64,000 bases of DNA from Geopsychrobacteraceae bacterium. GTDB taxonomy: Bacteria; Desulfobacterota; Desulfuromonadia; Desulfuromonadales; Geopsychrobacteraceae. The position numbers and the translations under genes are program-made. The notes under the pieces were generated by a model. The model was not told where the DNA came from, did no database searches, and worked only from the letters and a program-made list of their open reading frames with translations. Shown piece after piece: positions 9,147 to 19,701 of this stretch. The stretch is taken from the NCBI GenBank assembly GCA_963662315.1, contig OY759353.1, positions 1,056,001 through 1,120,000 of the forward strand. The letters are read 5' to 3'. Position 1 is the stretch's first letter. Every line of letters starts with the position of its first letter.

Positions 9147-11966
9147 ATGCAATCAGGACGATCTATGAATATGAAAACAAAGACAATTAACGTTATCCTC
9201 ATTGTCTTCCTATTTCTATTCATCTTCATGATGCCCCCCCAGGTTCATTGCCGAGATCTGAAAATAGCCTCTTTCGATTTTAACCCTTTTATTTTTAGCG
9301 ATTCAGAAAATGAGACCCTTGGCTTAAATGCTGAACTGCTCAACCACATCGCCAAAGACATGGATTGGAATATTCAGTATGTCCATGGATCATGGAATGA
9401 GGGCCTGGAACGTGCCAGAGATCGAGAAATTGATATTCTCACCTCTGTCATGTACACGGAAGAGCTGGCCAGTTTCCTTGATTACTCAAAGGAATCTGTC
9501 ATTACCGTCTGGGGCGAAGTTTTTACAAAATCAGATTCACTTCTAATGAATTTAATGGATCTTAAAAAATCAACTGTCGCGATAATGAAAGGAGATTTGA
9601 GCGCTAAAAATTTCCGTAATCTTGCGCTTAGTTTTGATCTTAATTGCACATATATTGAAGTTGATTCACTGCATGAGGTCTTTCTCCTTGTCCAGGAAGG
9701 CAAAGCCGCCGCCGGTATCGCGCCGAATATATTTGGTTTAATGAACGCGAAAACATATAAGCTGGCATCCAACAACATTATGTTTTCTCCAAACCCTCTA
9801 TATTTTGCCGCGCCCAAAGGAACCAACGGAGATATTCTTGAGATACTGGATCAGTACTTAAAGACATGGAAGGATCAAGATAATTCCTATTATCACCAAG
9901 TATTAAATCGTTGGCTGTATAATAACTCACTGACTATCCCATCATGGGTTTACTTCTGCTTTTCTTTTATCTTTCTGATGTTGCTTCTATCAATCTACCT
10001 AAACAAGGTATTGAATCACCTGGTCGCGAAAAAAACTGAAGAAATAAAGAAAAACGAACAGAAGTTCAAAGCGTTCTTCGAAGACTCGGTATCAGGACTC
10101 ATTGTTTTTGACAATAACCATATTATCAGAGAAGTTAATAAAACCACCGAGAGGCTTACAAAAAAAACAAAATTTGAGTTACTGGGTTCTGACATAAAGG
10201 ATCTTTTTGATCCTATTGATTTTGAAAAGCTGTTGGATTTATCCAAAAACAGCGAACAGCGTAACAGTTATTTTGAATCACAAATTTCACTCGAACGAAA
10301 TCTTATTCAAGATGTTGAGATTGGCCTGCATGAAATCGACTTCGAAAATCGTCAGCTCTATTTAATCGAATTGCAAGACATTTCTGAGCGAAAAGTTGCT
10401 GAAGAGAAAATTCGGGAGCATGTGGAAATTCTAGATAAAATTGCTGCTTCCGCCAAAGACGGTATTGTCCAGATTGATAGTAATGGAAATATTTCTTTCT
10501 GGAATCAATCGGCTCAGAGGATATTCGGCTATACCTCTGAAGAAGCTATTGGCAAAAATGTCCATTATCTCTTGGCTCCTGAAAATATGGTGAATGCTAT
10601 TGACAATGCGTTTAAGCAATTTGTGGTGACAGGACAAGGAAACGCTATCGGAAACACTCTGGAGCTCATCGCTTTGAATAAGCAAAATCAACAAATCCCC
10701 GTCGAGCTGTCACTTTCAACCTTTATCCATGATAACGAAACCCATGCACTGGCAATCATCCGGGACATAACGCAACGAAAAGAGGCTGATAATCAAAGAC
10801 AAGAGATGGAATTGCAGCTGCGGCAAAAATACAAAATGGAAGCTGTCGGGGTTATGGCCGGCGGAATTGCCCATAATTTCAACAACAATCTGGCCATTAT
10901 GCTCGGCAATCTTGAATTGGCCCTAAAGAATAAAAATGATCAGCTCATATGGCAAAAATATCTGCATAACGCGTTGATTGCCATAAGGCGCTCAAGAGAC
11001 CTTACAGGGAAAATTCTTTCTTATAGCCGCAAAGAGACCGGGGATAAGAAATTCATCCGCCCTTCGCTGCTGATCGAAGAATCTTTACAAATGTTGCGCG
11101 CCATGATTCCAACGACAATAAATATTTCCTTTGTTCAACACACGACAGGCCAAGAGCTTATTCATGTCGACGAATCCAAACTGCAGGAAGCCTTAATCAA
11201 CCTCTGTACCAATGCGATCCATTCCATTACAGACAAAGGTGCGATCACCTTTTCTATAAGATCAGTAAACCTTTCTCAGCAAGATTTAGCCCCGACCTTC
11301 GACTGTACCCCTGGAGAATTTATCTGTATCAGCGTCACGGATTCCGGTACCGGAATGACGACTGAAACCATGGACAGAATTTTTGATCCGTTCTTTACAA
11401 CGAAAGGGATCGGAGTTGGAACAGGCATGGGCTTGGCTACCGTACTTGGTTTCGTCAGAAGTTGTAGCGGAATAATCAAGGTTCACAGTCAGTTAGGACA
11501 CGGAAGTACTTTTGAATTATATTTTCCGTTATGCCAAAAGGAAAATATCACGACAGATGTAGCATCTGAAAAAATAGAGACCTTATTTGGCACAGAACAT
11601 CTTCTGATTATTGATGACGAACAAATGCTGGTTCAACTTACTAGCGAAATACTAACTGATGCAGGCTATCAGGTAACTGTAAAAACAAACAGTCTCGACG
11701 CATTTCAATTATTCAAATCGGACCCTGATCAGTTTGACCTCATCATAACAGATCAAACCATGCCAGGGATGACAGGAATAGAGCTCATTGGTGAAATCAA
11801 GAAGATTCGACCCACCATCCCAACCTTACTCCTTACCGGCTACAATAGTGAAAGCTGTTTAAAAAATGTCAACATAACTGTGGTGGATGCTCTTTGCACC
11901 AAACCAATAGAGATGAATGAATTATTGGCTGCACTTCGGAAGCTGCTCAACAAAAATCAACATTAA
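9147..11966 (+). CDS. Hybrid sensor histidine kinase (periplasmic substrate-binding domain, 2 PAS, HisKA/HATPase, receiver)
   Basis: H-box GIAHNFNN, DPFFTTK, GTGMGL, C-terminal receiver (IIDDE...TDQTMP). Confidence 0.9.
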   Translation: MQSGRSMNMKTKTINVILIVFLFLFIFMMPPQVHCRDLKIASFDFNPFIFSDSENETLGLNAELLNHIAKDMDWNIQYVHGSWNEGLERARDREIDILTSVMYTEELASFLDYSKESVITVWGEVFTKSDSLLMNLMDLKKSTVAIMKGDLSAKNFRNLALSFDLNCTYIEVDSLHEVFLLVQEGKAAAGIAPNIFGLMNAKTYKLASNNIMFSPNPLYFAAPKGTNGDILEILDQYLKTWKDQDNSYYHQVLNRWLYNNSLTIPSWVYFCFSFIFLMLLLSIYLNKVLNHLVAKKTEEIKKNEQKFKAFFEDSVSGLIVFDNNHIIREVNKTTERLTKKTKFELLGSDIKDLFDPIDFEKLLDLSKNSEQRNSYFESQISLERNLIQDVEIGLHEIDFENRQLYLIELQDISERKVAEEKIREHVEILDKIAASAKDGIVQIDSNGNISFWNQSAQRIFGYTSEEAIGKNVHYLLAPENMVNAIDNAFKQFVVTGQGNAIGNTLELIALNKQNQQIPVELSLSTFIHDNETHALAIIRDITQRKEADNQRQEMELQLRQKYKMEAVGVMAGGIAHNFNNNLAIMLGNLELALKNKNDQLIWQKYLHNALIAIRRSRDLTGKILSYSRKETGDKKFIRPSLLIEESLQMLRAMIPTTINISFVQHTTGQELIHVDESKLQEALINLCTNAIHSITDKGAITFSIRSVNLSQQDLAPTFDCTPGEFICISVTDSGTGMTTETMDRIFDPFFTTKGIGVGTGMGLATVLGFVRSCSGIIKVHSQLGHGSTFELYFPLCQKENITTDVASEKIETLFGTEHLLIIDDEQMLVQLTSEILTDAGYQVTVKTNSLDAFQLFKSDPDQFDLIITDQTMPGMTGIELIGEIKKIRPTIPTLLLTGYNSESCLKNVNITVVDALCTKPIEMNELLAALRKLLNKNQH

Positions 11967-12002
11967 CTACTGCTCATATTGCAAAAATATGACAGATACA
12001 GT

Positions 12003-12929
12003 TTATGAGAAACTGCTTTTAAAGACCTCGACTTTATCTTTTATCATTTCAATAAAAGCTTTAGCCTGGGGTGACGTGTAGGCATTTTTACGCCTTACAA
12101 TGCCAAAGCTGCGCGAAGGAAAGTAATGGGTTACGGGGAAACATTGCAGGGTATTCTTATCTTCTTCAGACAGCGCGAACTCATCAACAATGGACACCCC
12201 ATACCCGGCAGCAGTAAAGGTTTTGATCAAATCCATATGATTAAGCTCTAAAACAACGTTGAGTTTCAGATTATCTTTAATGAACCGATCATTGATAAGC
12301 TTCATCAGACTGCCTCCAACCTGGGAAAAGGCTAAAAAAGGCATCTTTGCAATAACCTGGAGATCCGGCAATTCGATCAGAGACAATGGTCCTTGTTTAG
12401 GAGCGATGAGAAAAAGTTTGGCCGAGAACAGGTATTCGCAGTCAAGATCAGCTTTTATGTCATCAATACAGGCGATGGCAAAATCACATTCGGCAGATTC
12501 AACCTTTTTGAGTATTTGCGAAGTGGTATTGACCCCGAGTCTGAATTGAATAAGGGGATGATTCTGGTAGAATTCTGCAGCAGCAGAAGAAAGAAAATAC
12601 TTAAGAATCGTATAATAGGAAAAAATGCTGATTTCCCCTTTAAGATTCTGCCGAGAGTCGGCAAAGGTATCTTGACATTCCTGAACAATCTCAAAAATGG
12701 AAATGGCTTTTTCAAGGAGATACTCACCATCCGGGGTCAACTGCTGTTTCCCTTTACTTCGGTCAAAAAGAGTTACGCCGAAGAATTCTTCCAGACATTT
12801 GATCTGATAACTTAGCGTTGGCTGATTGCGGCGCATTTTGGTTGCAGCGGCAGACATACTTCCAGCTTGAGCCGTGAAATAAAAGCCTCTAAGCCACTGA
12901 ATTAAGTCACCTCCAAGCTCAGGTATCAT
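12003..12929 (-). CDS. LysR-family transcriptional regulator
   Basis: HTH SMSAAATKMRRNQPTLSYQIKCLE; 308 aa. Confidence 0.92.
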   Translation of the reverse strand: MIPELGGDLIQWLRGFYFTAQAGSMSAAATKMRRNQPTLSYQIKCLEEFFGVTLFDRSKGKQQLTPDGEYLLEKAISIFEIVQECQDTFADSRQNLKGEISIFSYYTILKYFLSSAAAEFYQNHPLIQFRLGVNTTSQILKKVESAECDFAIACIDDIKADLDCEYLFSAKLFLIAPKQGPLSLIELPDLQVIAKMPFLAFSQVGGSLMKLINDRFIKDNLKLNVVLELNHMDLIKTFTAAGYGVSIVDEFALSEEDKNTLQCFPVTHYFPSRSFGIVRRKNAYTSPQAKAFIEMIKDKVEVFKSSFS

Positions 12930-13029
12930 AAATCCACCTCAATCACTGTATGCCTCAAAATTAGAATGGGTATAGTCAGGACAGAATTATTCAATACTCT
13001 AAACCTGGATGGAATCATTTTTTTAATTT

Positions 13030-14289
13030 TTAGACAATAGCGCCCTGCCGACGCAGTTCATGCTGAATGGCTTGGTAATGATACTGTCCAGCCCCCTGAC
13101 TTAGAGCTGCGGCAACTCCAGCAGCATGACCAGTGACAAAGGCGGTACCCATAACACGAACTGAGCCAAAAGCATTTCTGTCGCACGAAACAATGCGTCC
13201 CGCCCCCCATAAATTATCGATATTCACAGATTTAAGGGTTCTGATCGGTATGTCATAATAACTTTTATTGTGAATCTGAGTATAGCGACTAGGTTCGTTA
13301 ATGCTGGCATGAATTTCAATCGGCCATGATCCTCGTCCAATGGTATCTTCAAAACGGCGCGCCATAAGTACATCATCTCTACTTAAAACATATTCACCGA
13401 GGATATGCCGCGACTCACGAATACCCAGTTTGGGTCCGGTACTGACCAGAAAAGCATTTTCACATCCGGGAATGAATTTTTTAAACGCTTCCAGATATGC
13501 CCAGCATTGTTTACGGGTAAACATTCCAGCTTCGGTGATATGCTGCGATGTTAAGTCTCTAAGTTGCTGACTTGCCAGTACGACAACAAAATCATTGGAT
13601 ATTGGCATACGCCGAATATAGCCGGTCTCTTTGGTAAAGGGACCCATTCCAGACGCAATACCTTTGGCTATAGCATCCTCGATATCGGACTTGGTCACCT
13701 GAATTTCATCCGCAACCCCACCAATACGCATGACCAGGGTTGCGATCTGCAAATTGACATTTTCGAAGGTCAACATATCGGCGCCAGCCATATGGGCGAG
13801 GTTCGCTTCTCCAGAGGCATCGACAAAAGCCTTTGCCTCGATGATAAACGCTCCTTCGTCATCAAAACATTCAATGGCCTGGATTCTACTTCCATCCATC
13901 TGGCATCTGGCAACCAGGGTTTCCAGATAAATCCCAGCAGGCGTTTCAGCAAGGCATTCGTCAAGAGCATACTTGGCAGACTCAGGATCGATGGGAAGCA
14001 GAACATTTCCTGCCGGAGAAATAACCGGTGTATAGTCAGCCCCGATTTTAGCCAACTTTTCAAGAAAGGGGTTAACCACCCCCCCAACGATTCGGGACAT
14101 TGATCCATCCTGAGTGTAAAAACCACAGTAAGAGGGAATATTGCAGTTTGTGGCCTGCCCTCCTAAACATGGGCTTCTGTCAATCAGCGCCGCTGTGTAG
14201 CCAGCCTGTGCCACCCCGAAAGCAGCACTAACGCCCGCAGATCCGGCGCCAACAACAGCAACGTCATATTTATACCTTCTTGTTTTCAC
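13030..14289 (-). CDS. FAD-dependent oxidoreductase (FAD_oxidored-type), substrate unknown
   Basis: GAGSAG Rossmann motif, VDASGEA, GIRESRHILG, AGR..S..RVM motifs. Confidence 0.85.
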   Translation of the reverse strand: MKTRRYKYDVAVVGAGSAGVSAAFGVAQAGYTAALIDRSPCLGGQATNCNIPSYCGFYTQDGSMSRIVGGVVNPFLEKLAKIGADYTPVISPAGNVLLPIDPESAKYALDECLAETPAGIYLETLVARCQMDGSRIQAIECFDDEGAFIIEAKAFVDASGEANLAHMAGADMLTFENVNLQIATLVMRIGGVADEIQVTKSDIEDAIAKGIASGMGPFTKETGYIRRMPISNDFVVVLASQQLRDLTSQHITEAGMFTRKQCWAYLEAFKKFIPGCENAFLVSTGPKLGIRESRHILGEYVLSRDDVLMARRFEDTIGRGSWPIEIHASINEPSRYTQIHNKSYYDIPIRTLKSVNIDNLWGAGRIVSCDRNAFGSVRVMGTAFVTGHAAGVAAALSQGAGQYHYQAIQHELRRQGAIV

Positions 14290-14486
14290 TAGAGTTTTCC
14301 TTTTTTAGCATCAGGATACACCGGTATTGAGAACAGAACCCAAGAGACCTGATTGTAAAAATTATATGTAACTGAATACTGGATTAGCCGTTAATGGATC
14401 GCAGATTTTCTAGTCAAACCATCACTCTAGAGGTTTATTTCCAAACCAACCCGCCACTACGACCCTTGAGAGTTAAAGGAGAAGAC

Positions 14487-15995
14487 CTAACTTGCCATTC
14501 GCATAAAAATTTTCTGTTTCAGCGTCTTCATAAAAGAAAACTGTTCCAACACCTGCCAGAGAGCGAACGCCAACAACCCCATAGCGATTGGATGGTGCAG
14601 TAAATCAACAAAGAAACTGGTATCAGCCATCATCGCTGCGCGGCGGAACTCAGAATCCCCGATTGGCCCGAGAACCATACCAATGATCAATGGTGCGACG
14701 GGGTAATCCGACACTTTAAACAGGTATCCAATGATCCCCATAACCATCATCAGCAAAACATCTTCAATTGATCCATTTAACGAATAAGCGCCGACCACAC
14801 AGAGAACAGAAACGATCGGCATCAAGACTTCCTTTTTAATCGATGCCACAATTCTCGGAAAAAATCTGGAGGCAAACAGACCGATAAACAGAAAGATGAC
14901 ATTAGCTACAAGCAACAGAACAACGATCAACCAGAACAAGTCCGGGCGCTCTTCCATCATCATCGGACCGGGGCGCATGCCATGAACCATAAAAGCGCCA
15001 ATCATGACAGCTGTAACGGCGTCCCCAGGAACGCCAAGGGTGAGCATAGTGGTTAAAGCACCACCAATAGCAGCATTATTGGAAGATTCAGGCGCGACGA
15101 CCCCTTCATAAGCTCCTTCACCAAAAGGCCGAGACGGATTTTTAGTTGAGCGCTTGGCAGAGTCGTATGCGAGCAACGCGGCAATGGCACCACCTTCACC
15201 AGGTAAGGCTCCGATCCAGGAACCTATCAGAGAAGATTTAAGAATCAATGGCAGAGCCTTGCGAACCTTGTGCAGATCAGGAAAGAGGTTTACCTTCTCA
15301 TCACATTTAATCACCTCTGAGTTCTGACCCATCTTTTTAAATTGATAGAAAACTTCCGACATGCCGAAAAAACCGATCAAGCACGGGACCAGCCCAAGTC
15401 CAGACTGAAGGAACTCAGACCCGAAGGAGAAACGACCAATTCCGTAAATTGGATCGAGACCGACACAGGAGACAACAAAACCGATAAGAGCTGTAAGCAT
15501 TGCTTTTACAAATGCACTCCCCTTCCCCATATTACTTACTGAAATCAATCCCAATACAACCAGGGCAACATATTCAAAAGGGCTGAAGGACAAAGCAACC
15601 TTAGTCAGCAGTGGTGCAAAGATAGCCAAAAACACCACACCGATCATACCGCCAATAAATGAACCAATCCGGGCAAAGCCCATGGCAGACCCTGCTTGCC
15701 CCATCTTGGCCAGAGGATAACCATCGAAACCTGTAACTACGGCAGCGGGAGCTCCTGGAATATTAAGTAAAATGGCCGATAAGGAACCGGCAAATACGCC
15801 ACTACAATAAACACCAATAATCATTGCCAGGGCACTCTCAACTTGCCAGCTGAAGGTAATTGATACCAAGATCGCCGTCGCCATGGTAACAGACAGACCA
15901 GGTAATGCACCAACCAGCAACCCGCTGACACTTCCAATAAACAGAAGACCTATAATCAATGGATCCATGGCGACCGATAGTGCGTGTAAAAACAT
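14487..15995 (-). CDS. tctA: Tripartite tricarboxylate transporter, large permease TctA
   Basis: GALPGL, NIPGAPAA, PESSNNA, GVPG motifs; many TM segments. Confidence 0.92.
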   Translation of the reverse strand: MFLHALSVAMDPLIIGLLFIGSVSGLLVGALPGLSVTMATAILVSITFSWQVESALAMIIGVYCSGVFAGSLSAILLNIPGAPAAVVTGFDGYPLAKMGQAGSAMGFARIGSFIGGMIGVVFLAIFAPLLTKVALSFSPFEYVALVVLGLISVSNMGKGSAFVKAMLTALIGFVVSCVGLDPIYGIGRFSFGSEFLQSGLGLVPCLIGFFGMSEVFYQFKKMGQNSEVIKCDEKVNLFPDLHKVRKALPLILKSSLIGSWIGALPGEGGAIAALLAYDSAKRSTKNPSRPFGEGAYEGVVAPESSNNAAIGGALTTMLTLGVPGDAVTAVMIGAFMVHGMRPGPMMMEERPDLFWLIVVLLLVANVIFLFIGLFASRFFPRIVASIKKEVLMPIVSVLCVVGAYSLNGSIEDVLLMMVMGIIGYLFKVSDYPVAPLIIGMVLGPIGDSEFRRAAMMADTSFFVDLLHHPIAMGLLAFALWQVLEQFSFMKTLKQKIFMRMAS

Positions 15996-16067
15996 GTGCT
16001 AATCTCCGTGTACTTGAATAAACTCGTGTCTCTTAAAACCAGGAGGATTTTTTGACGCCTCTAGAAT

Positions 16068-16523
16068 CTATGGCAGTCTAATCATCAACAATTTGCTGAA
16101 CACCAGATAGATGACAAATACAGTGGCAACAGAAATGACCGTAGTACTTAAAGTCAGCTTTTTTCTAAAAAGACTCATCAGGATGATCAGAAAAGCAATG
16201 GTTGTCGGAATAAAGTGAAGCTTTGGCAGAGCAAATACATATAAAAAGATAAGCACAATGGGGAAAACAATCCCTCTGTCATCAGGGAGTCTTTTCGGTA
16301 AATGAATTTTTTTTGAACGAAGAAAGGTTTTTAACTGTACAGCTAACAGTGCGGCAGCGCAGATACAGATAGCAACCCCGGAGATAAGAGGAAACAGTCC
16401 CGGGCTCAAGGACCTTGGACCAAATAGGGGCAGACTATTGGCGTGAATGATGACAAATATGCCAATACACAACATTGCTAAAGTTGTCAGGCATTCAAAA
16501 AGGTTCAAACTTTTCTTGTTCAT
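16068..16523 (-). CDS. tctB: Tripartite tricarboxylate transporter, small subunit TctB
   Basis: Hydrophobic, PGLFP motif, ends in LP; lies between tctC and tctA; start at 16523 chosen from RBS GAGG. Confidence 0.85.
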   Translation of the reverse strand: MNKKSLNLFECLTTLAMLCIGIFVIIHANSLPLFGPRSLSPGLFPLISGVAICICAAALLAVQLKTFLRSKKIHLPKRLPDDRGIVFPIVLIFLYVFALPKLHFIPTTIAFLIILMSLFRKKLTLSTTVISVATVFVIYLVFSKLLMIRLP

Positions 16524-16614
16524 AGCATTCCTCATAAATATTGCCCCTGCCGATCTGTCAGAGATTTTACCCTGCAAGCCCGGTCAGCACACTGAACGGG
16601 CTCGTCAGTATTAT

Positions 16615-17634
16615 TTAGGGTTTTGCGATACCGAATTTGTCCGGAGAGTTACTTGCCGCACCGGCATCGTAGAGGAGCCATGCAGCTAAGGATTCCCAAG
16701 ACTGCATAAACTTGGCCAGATTATCCCCTTGCAGACCAGCATCTTCTGCATAAATGTCACTCACCACTTTTTGCCAACGCGGATCCTGCATAATCTCGCT
16801 GGTCACTTGCTTTAATTTAGAGACCACGGCATCTGGAGTTCCTTTTTTTACCTGAAGCGAATAGAAAGGTCCCCATGGCAGGTATTTGGCAAACTTGGGC
16901 TCCGCTTTGACAATGGGTGGAATTTCATCAAGACCTGCAATCTGCTCTAAGGAGAATGTTGCGAGAATTTTCATCTTTCCAGCTTTATAGGGATCGATAA
17001 CAGAACCAAGAAGATTAAAAACCACATCAACATGCCCACCGAGCAAAGCGACATTGACCTTTCCACCGCCGCCAAAAGGAATTGTCTTCAATTTAATTCC
17101 AGCAGCTTCTGCGAATAACAGCGCGGCAATATGGCCAGTGGTACCAGGACCGGCATAACCAGCCGTCACCTTTCCAGGATTAGCCTTGGCGTAGGCAATC
17201 AACTCATCAATACCATTCCAGGAAGCATTGGCATTGACGGTAACAGCAGGAGTAAGTCTGCCAAGCATCATAATTGGTGTAAAATCGTTGAAGCTTTTAT
17301 CGGACAGCCCCATGGTGCGAAAAACAGCAGGCGTTTCAGCAGATACTAAAATTGTCTGACCATCTGCTTCCTTTCCCAGGGTGAAGGAGGTTCCAACCGC
17401 TCCGGAAGCACCTGATTTGTTGACAACGATCATCGATTGGTGAAGTTTTTCTTCCAAAAGTGGCGCAATTGAGCGGGCAATAGTGTCCGTTGAACCTCCG
17501 GGCCCGAAAGGGACCACTAAAAAAACAGGACCGCTGGGATACTCTGCAAATGCAGCTGTTAAAGGACTGAAACAAAATACCGACACCAGTGTTACGAGGT
17601 AGATAGCTCTTAGTACAACTTTTCTAACGTTCAT
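16615..17634 (-). CDS. tctC: Tripartite tricarboxylate transporter, substrate-binding protein TctC/Bug
   Basis: Signal peptide; VPFGPGGSTD...VNKSGASGAVG Bug signature. Confidence 0.92.
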   Translation of the reverse strand: MNVRKVVLRAIYLVTLVSVFCFSPLTAAFAEYPSGPVFLVVPFGPGGSTDTIARSIAPLLEEKLHQSMIVVNKSGASGAVGTSFTLGKEADGQTILVSAETPAVFRTMGLSDKSFNDFTPIMMLGRLTPAVTVNANASWNGIDELIAYAKANPGKVTAGYAGPGTTGHIAALLFAEAAGIKLKTIPFGGGGKVNVALLGGHVDVVFNLLGSVIDPYKAGKMKILATFSLEQIAGLDEIPPIVKAEPKFAKYLPWGPFYSLQVKKGTPDAVVSKLKQVTSEIMQDPRWQKVVSDIYAEDAGLQGDNLAKFMQSWESLAAWLLYDAGAASNSPDKFGIAKP

Positions 17635-17764
17635 TTTCTCCTCCTGTGTTGATTGGTTATCTGGTCACGCATCTCTCGTGTGTTCCAATTATTGAGCATA
17701 GTAGCAGGCGACAAAACATTAGTTGATACGTGGCTCAATATCAAATCGATAATATTACAAAGAC

Positions 17765-17783
17765 CTATCAAAATTATTGATAG
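17765..17783. promoter_or_regulatory. Candidate LysR-type operator upstream of tctC
   Basis: Palindrome CTATCAA-AATTA-TTGATAG containing T-N11-A, ~130 bp upstream of tctC. Confidence 0.5.
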
Positions 17784-17971
17784 ACAAAGAATAAGGCCTA
17801 ATTCCGATAGGCAGACACCGACACTGTGGATAAAAGCAAATTTTTAGCTTTAGCAGCTGAGAAAGGGAGAAAAGGAAGAGCAAAGAGTGATGATCATTGT
17901 CCAACCAGAAATACAACAAAAATAAGGACGCCGCCAAGCTTAACGGCTGGTTTGGTAATTAAACAGTCTCC

Positions 17972-18001
17972 AGGAGCCTGACCCTAAGGCGTCAGGCTCC
18001 T
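17972..18001 (-). terminator. Stem-loop after the lpd-like gene
   Basis: Perfect 11-bp inverted repeat AGGAGCCTGAC/GTCAGGCTCCT; poly-U tail weak. Confidence 0.5.
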
Positions 18002-18014
18002 GTGCCAGACAAAG

Positions 18015-19400
18015 CTATTTCAACTGAAACAGAGCATGGTTCAAGGCAGCTTTCATCACTTCTTCCAATGAAGGATGATAAATCGGCATGCGCAGCATAT
18101 CTTTTACAGTCATGCGATGTTCAACAGCCAGGATCAGGGTATGAGCCATATGTTCTGCCCCGCGACCAAAAATTTCGGCCCCAAGCAGCACACCTGTATG
18201 CTTATCAGCATAAACATGCATCATACCGCGCTGGTCATGATAAATTTCGTGACGCGGACCCTTGCCAACGGCAGCACGGCCGATAATGATGTTTTCAGGA
18301 TCGAGAGCACGGTACTCTACCCCCACTATCGCCATTTGCGGGTCGGTAAAATAAATTCCTAGCTCTGCTGTTCTGGTTCCTTCAACGCGTTGGGGGTAAT
18401 GAATCGCACTGTCTGCGGCAATGCGCCCCTCGGTATAGGCTTCGTGCCATAGAGGCAGGTCTTCGGTAACGTCACCGGCGAGAAAAATCTTTGCATCGCC
18501 GCACTGCATGGTCAACAGATCATATTCGGGCAAGCCTCTTTTATCCAGCTTAAGACCGCTGTTTTCAATGTTCATGGTCCGCACATTGGAGGTTCTGCCA
18601 CTGGCGACCAGCACCCGTTCAAAGGTTCTTACAATCTCTTCACCGTCTGCGGTCAGATAAGTCAGTTCAAAACCAGCTTCGACCTTTCTGGCTGCAGTAA
18701 ATTGCCCTTGCGGAATAATATCAAGCTCTGCCTGCAGGGTCGACATGACCTGTTTCTGCATATCGGGGTGGGTAAAGGAGCCAATCCGACCGCTACGCCC
18801 GTAAAGCGTTGTTGTTACTCCAAGGCGATGAAATGCCTGCCCCAGTTCAAGCGCAATGACACCAAGACCGACAACAGCAAGAGACTCAGGCAGATCCTCT
18901 AGTTCAAAGATAGTGTCGCTGGTATCCAACTGGTCCCGCAAAGGTTCAAACACTGGAGACAAATACGGTGTTGAGCCACAGGCGAGAATTATTTTGTCGG
19001 CCTTGACCTGAACTTTGCCATCAACATCAAGGGTGTGGGGATCAACAAATGAGGCCTTCCCTTCGAGCTTAAACTGTTCTGGGATGCTGTTGACATACTT
19101 CAGAACACCCCCGACAAAGGTTTTGGCGCGATCTTCCTTAATGCGTTCAAAAACCCGCGGGCCATTGATCTGATAGCTGCCATCAATACCAAAGAAACTG
19201 CCACGTTCGATATTATGAGCAAGATCCGCCGCAGTGATCAGCATTTTACTCGGCATACAACCGACACGGGCACACGTGGTTCCGTAAGGGCCATACTGAA
19301 TCAGCAAAACACTATCTGTTCTTTTCCGAATTCGGCTGAAAGCACCAAGGCCAGCAGTTCCAACACCAACGATAGCATATTCGACTTCACGTATTTCCAT
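18015..19400 (-). CDS. Dihydrolipoamide dehydrogenase-like pyridine nucleotide-disulfide oxidoreductase
   Basis: GVGTAG, redox motif GTTCARVGCMPSK, C-terminal HPSLEE. Confidence 0.9.
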   Translation of the reverse strand: MEIREVEYAIVGVGTAGLGAFSRIRKRTDSVLLIQYGPYGTTCARVGCMPSKMLITAADLAHNIERGSFFGIDGSYQINGPRVFERIKEDRAKTFVGGVLKYVNSIPEQFKLEGKASFVDPHTLDVDGKVQVKADKIILACGSTPYLSPVFEPLRDQLDTSDTIFELEDLPESLAVVGLGVIALELGQAFHRLGVTTTLYGRSGRIGSFTHPDMQKQVMSTLQAELDIIPQGQFTAARKVEAGFELTYLTADGEEIVRTFERVLVASGRTSNVRTMNIENSGLKLDKRGLPEYDLLTMQCGDAKIFLAGDVTEDLPLWHEAYTEGRIAADSAIHYPQRVEGTRTAELGIYFTDPQMAIVGVEYRALDPENIIIGRAAVGKGPRHEIYHDQRGMMHVYADKHTGVLLGAEIFGRGAEHMAHTLILAVEHRMTVKDMLRMPIYHPSLEEVMKAALNHALFQLK

Positions 19401-19701
19401 AAATACCTTTCATTGCTTTCCGGTGTTACCGACACACCACAACGATGCCAACCATCAAAACAAAATGAGTACAAGGATGTAATAAAGCCCATCCATTCCA
19501 GATTATTCTCAGGGGCCTTTGGATCAGTCACTCAATGTCCCCGAGGAGTATAACCGCTTGCGTCCTTGGGAGGTGAGCCATATACTTCATTCGGTGTCGA
19601 AAAGATTCACATCCCAGACTTAAATACAGCCCGAATACTCTGCGCTATGGAAATAGGAGTTTCCAGCTCCCATAATGACTTAATTAGAAACTACTATACT
19701 G

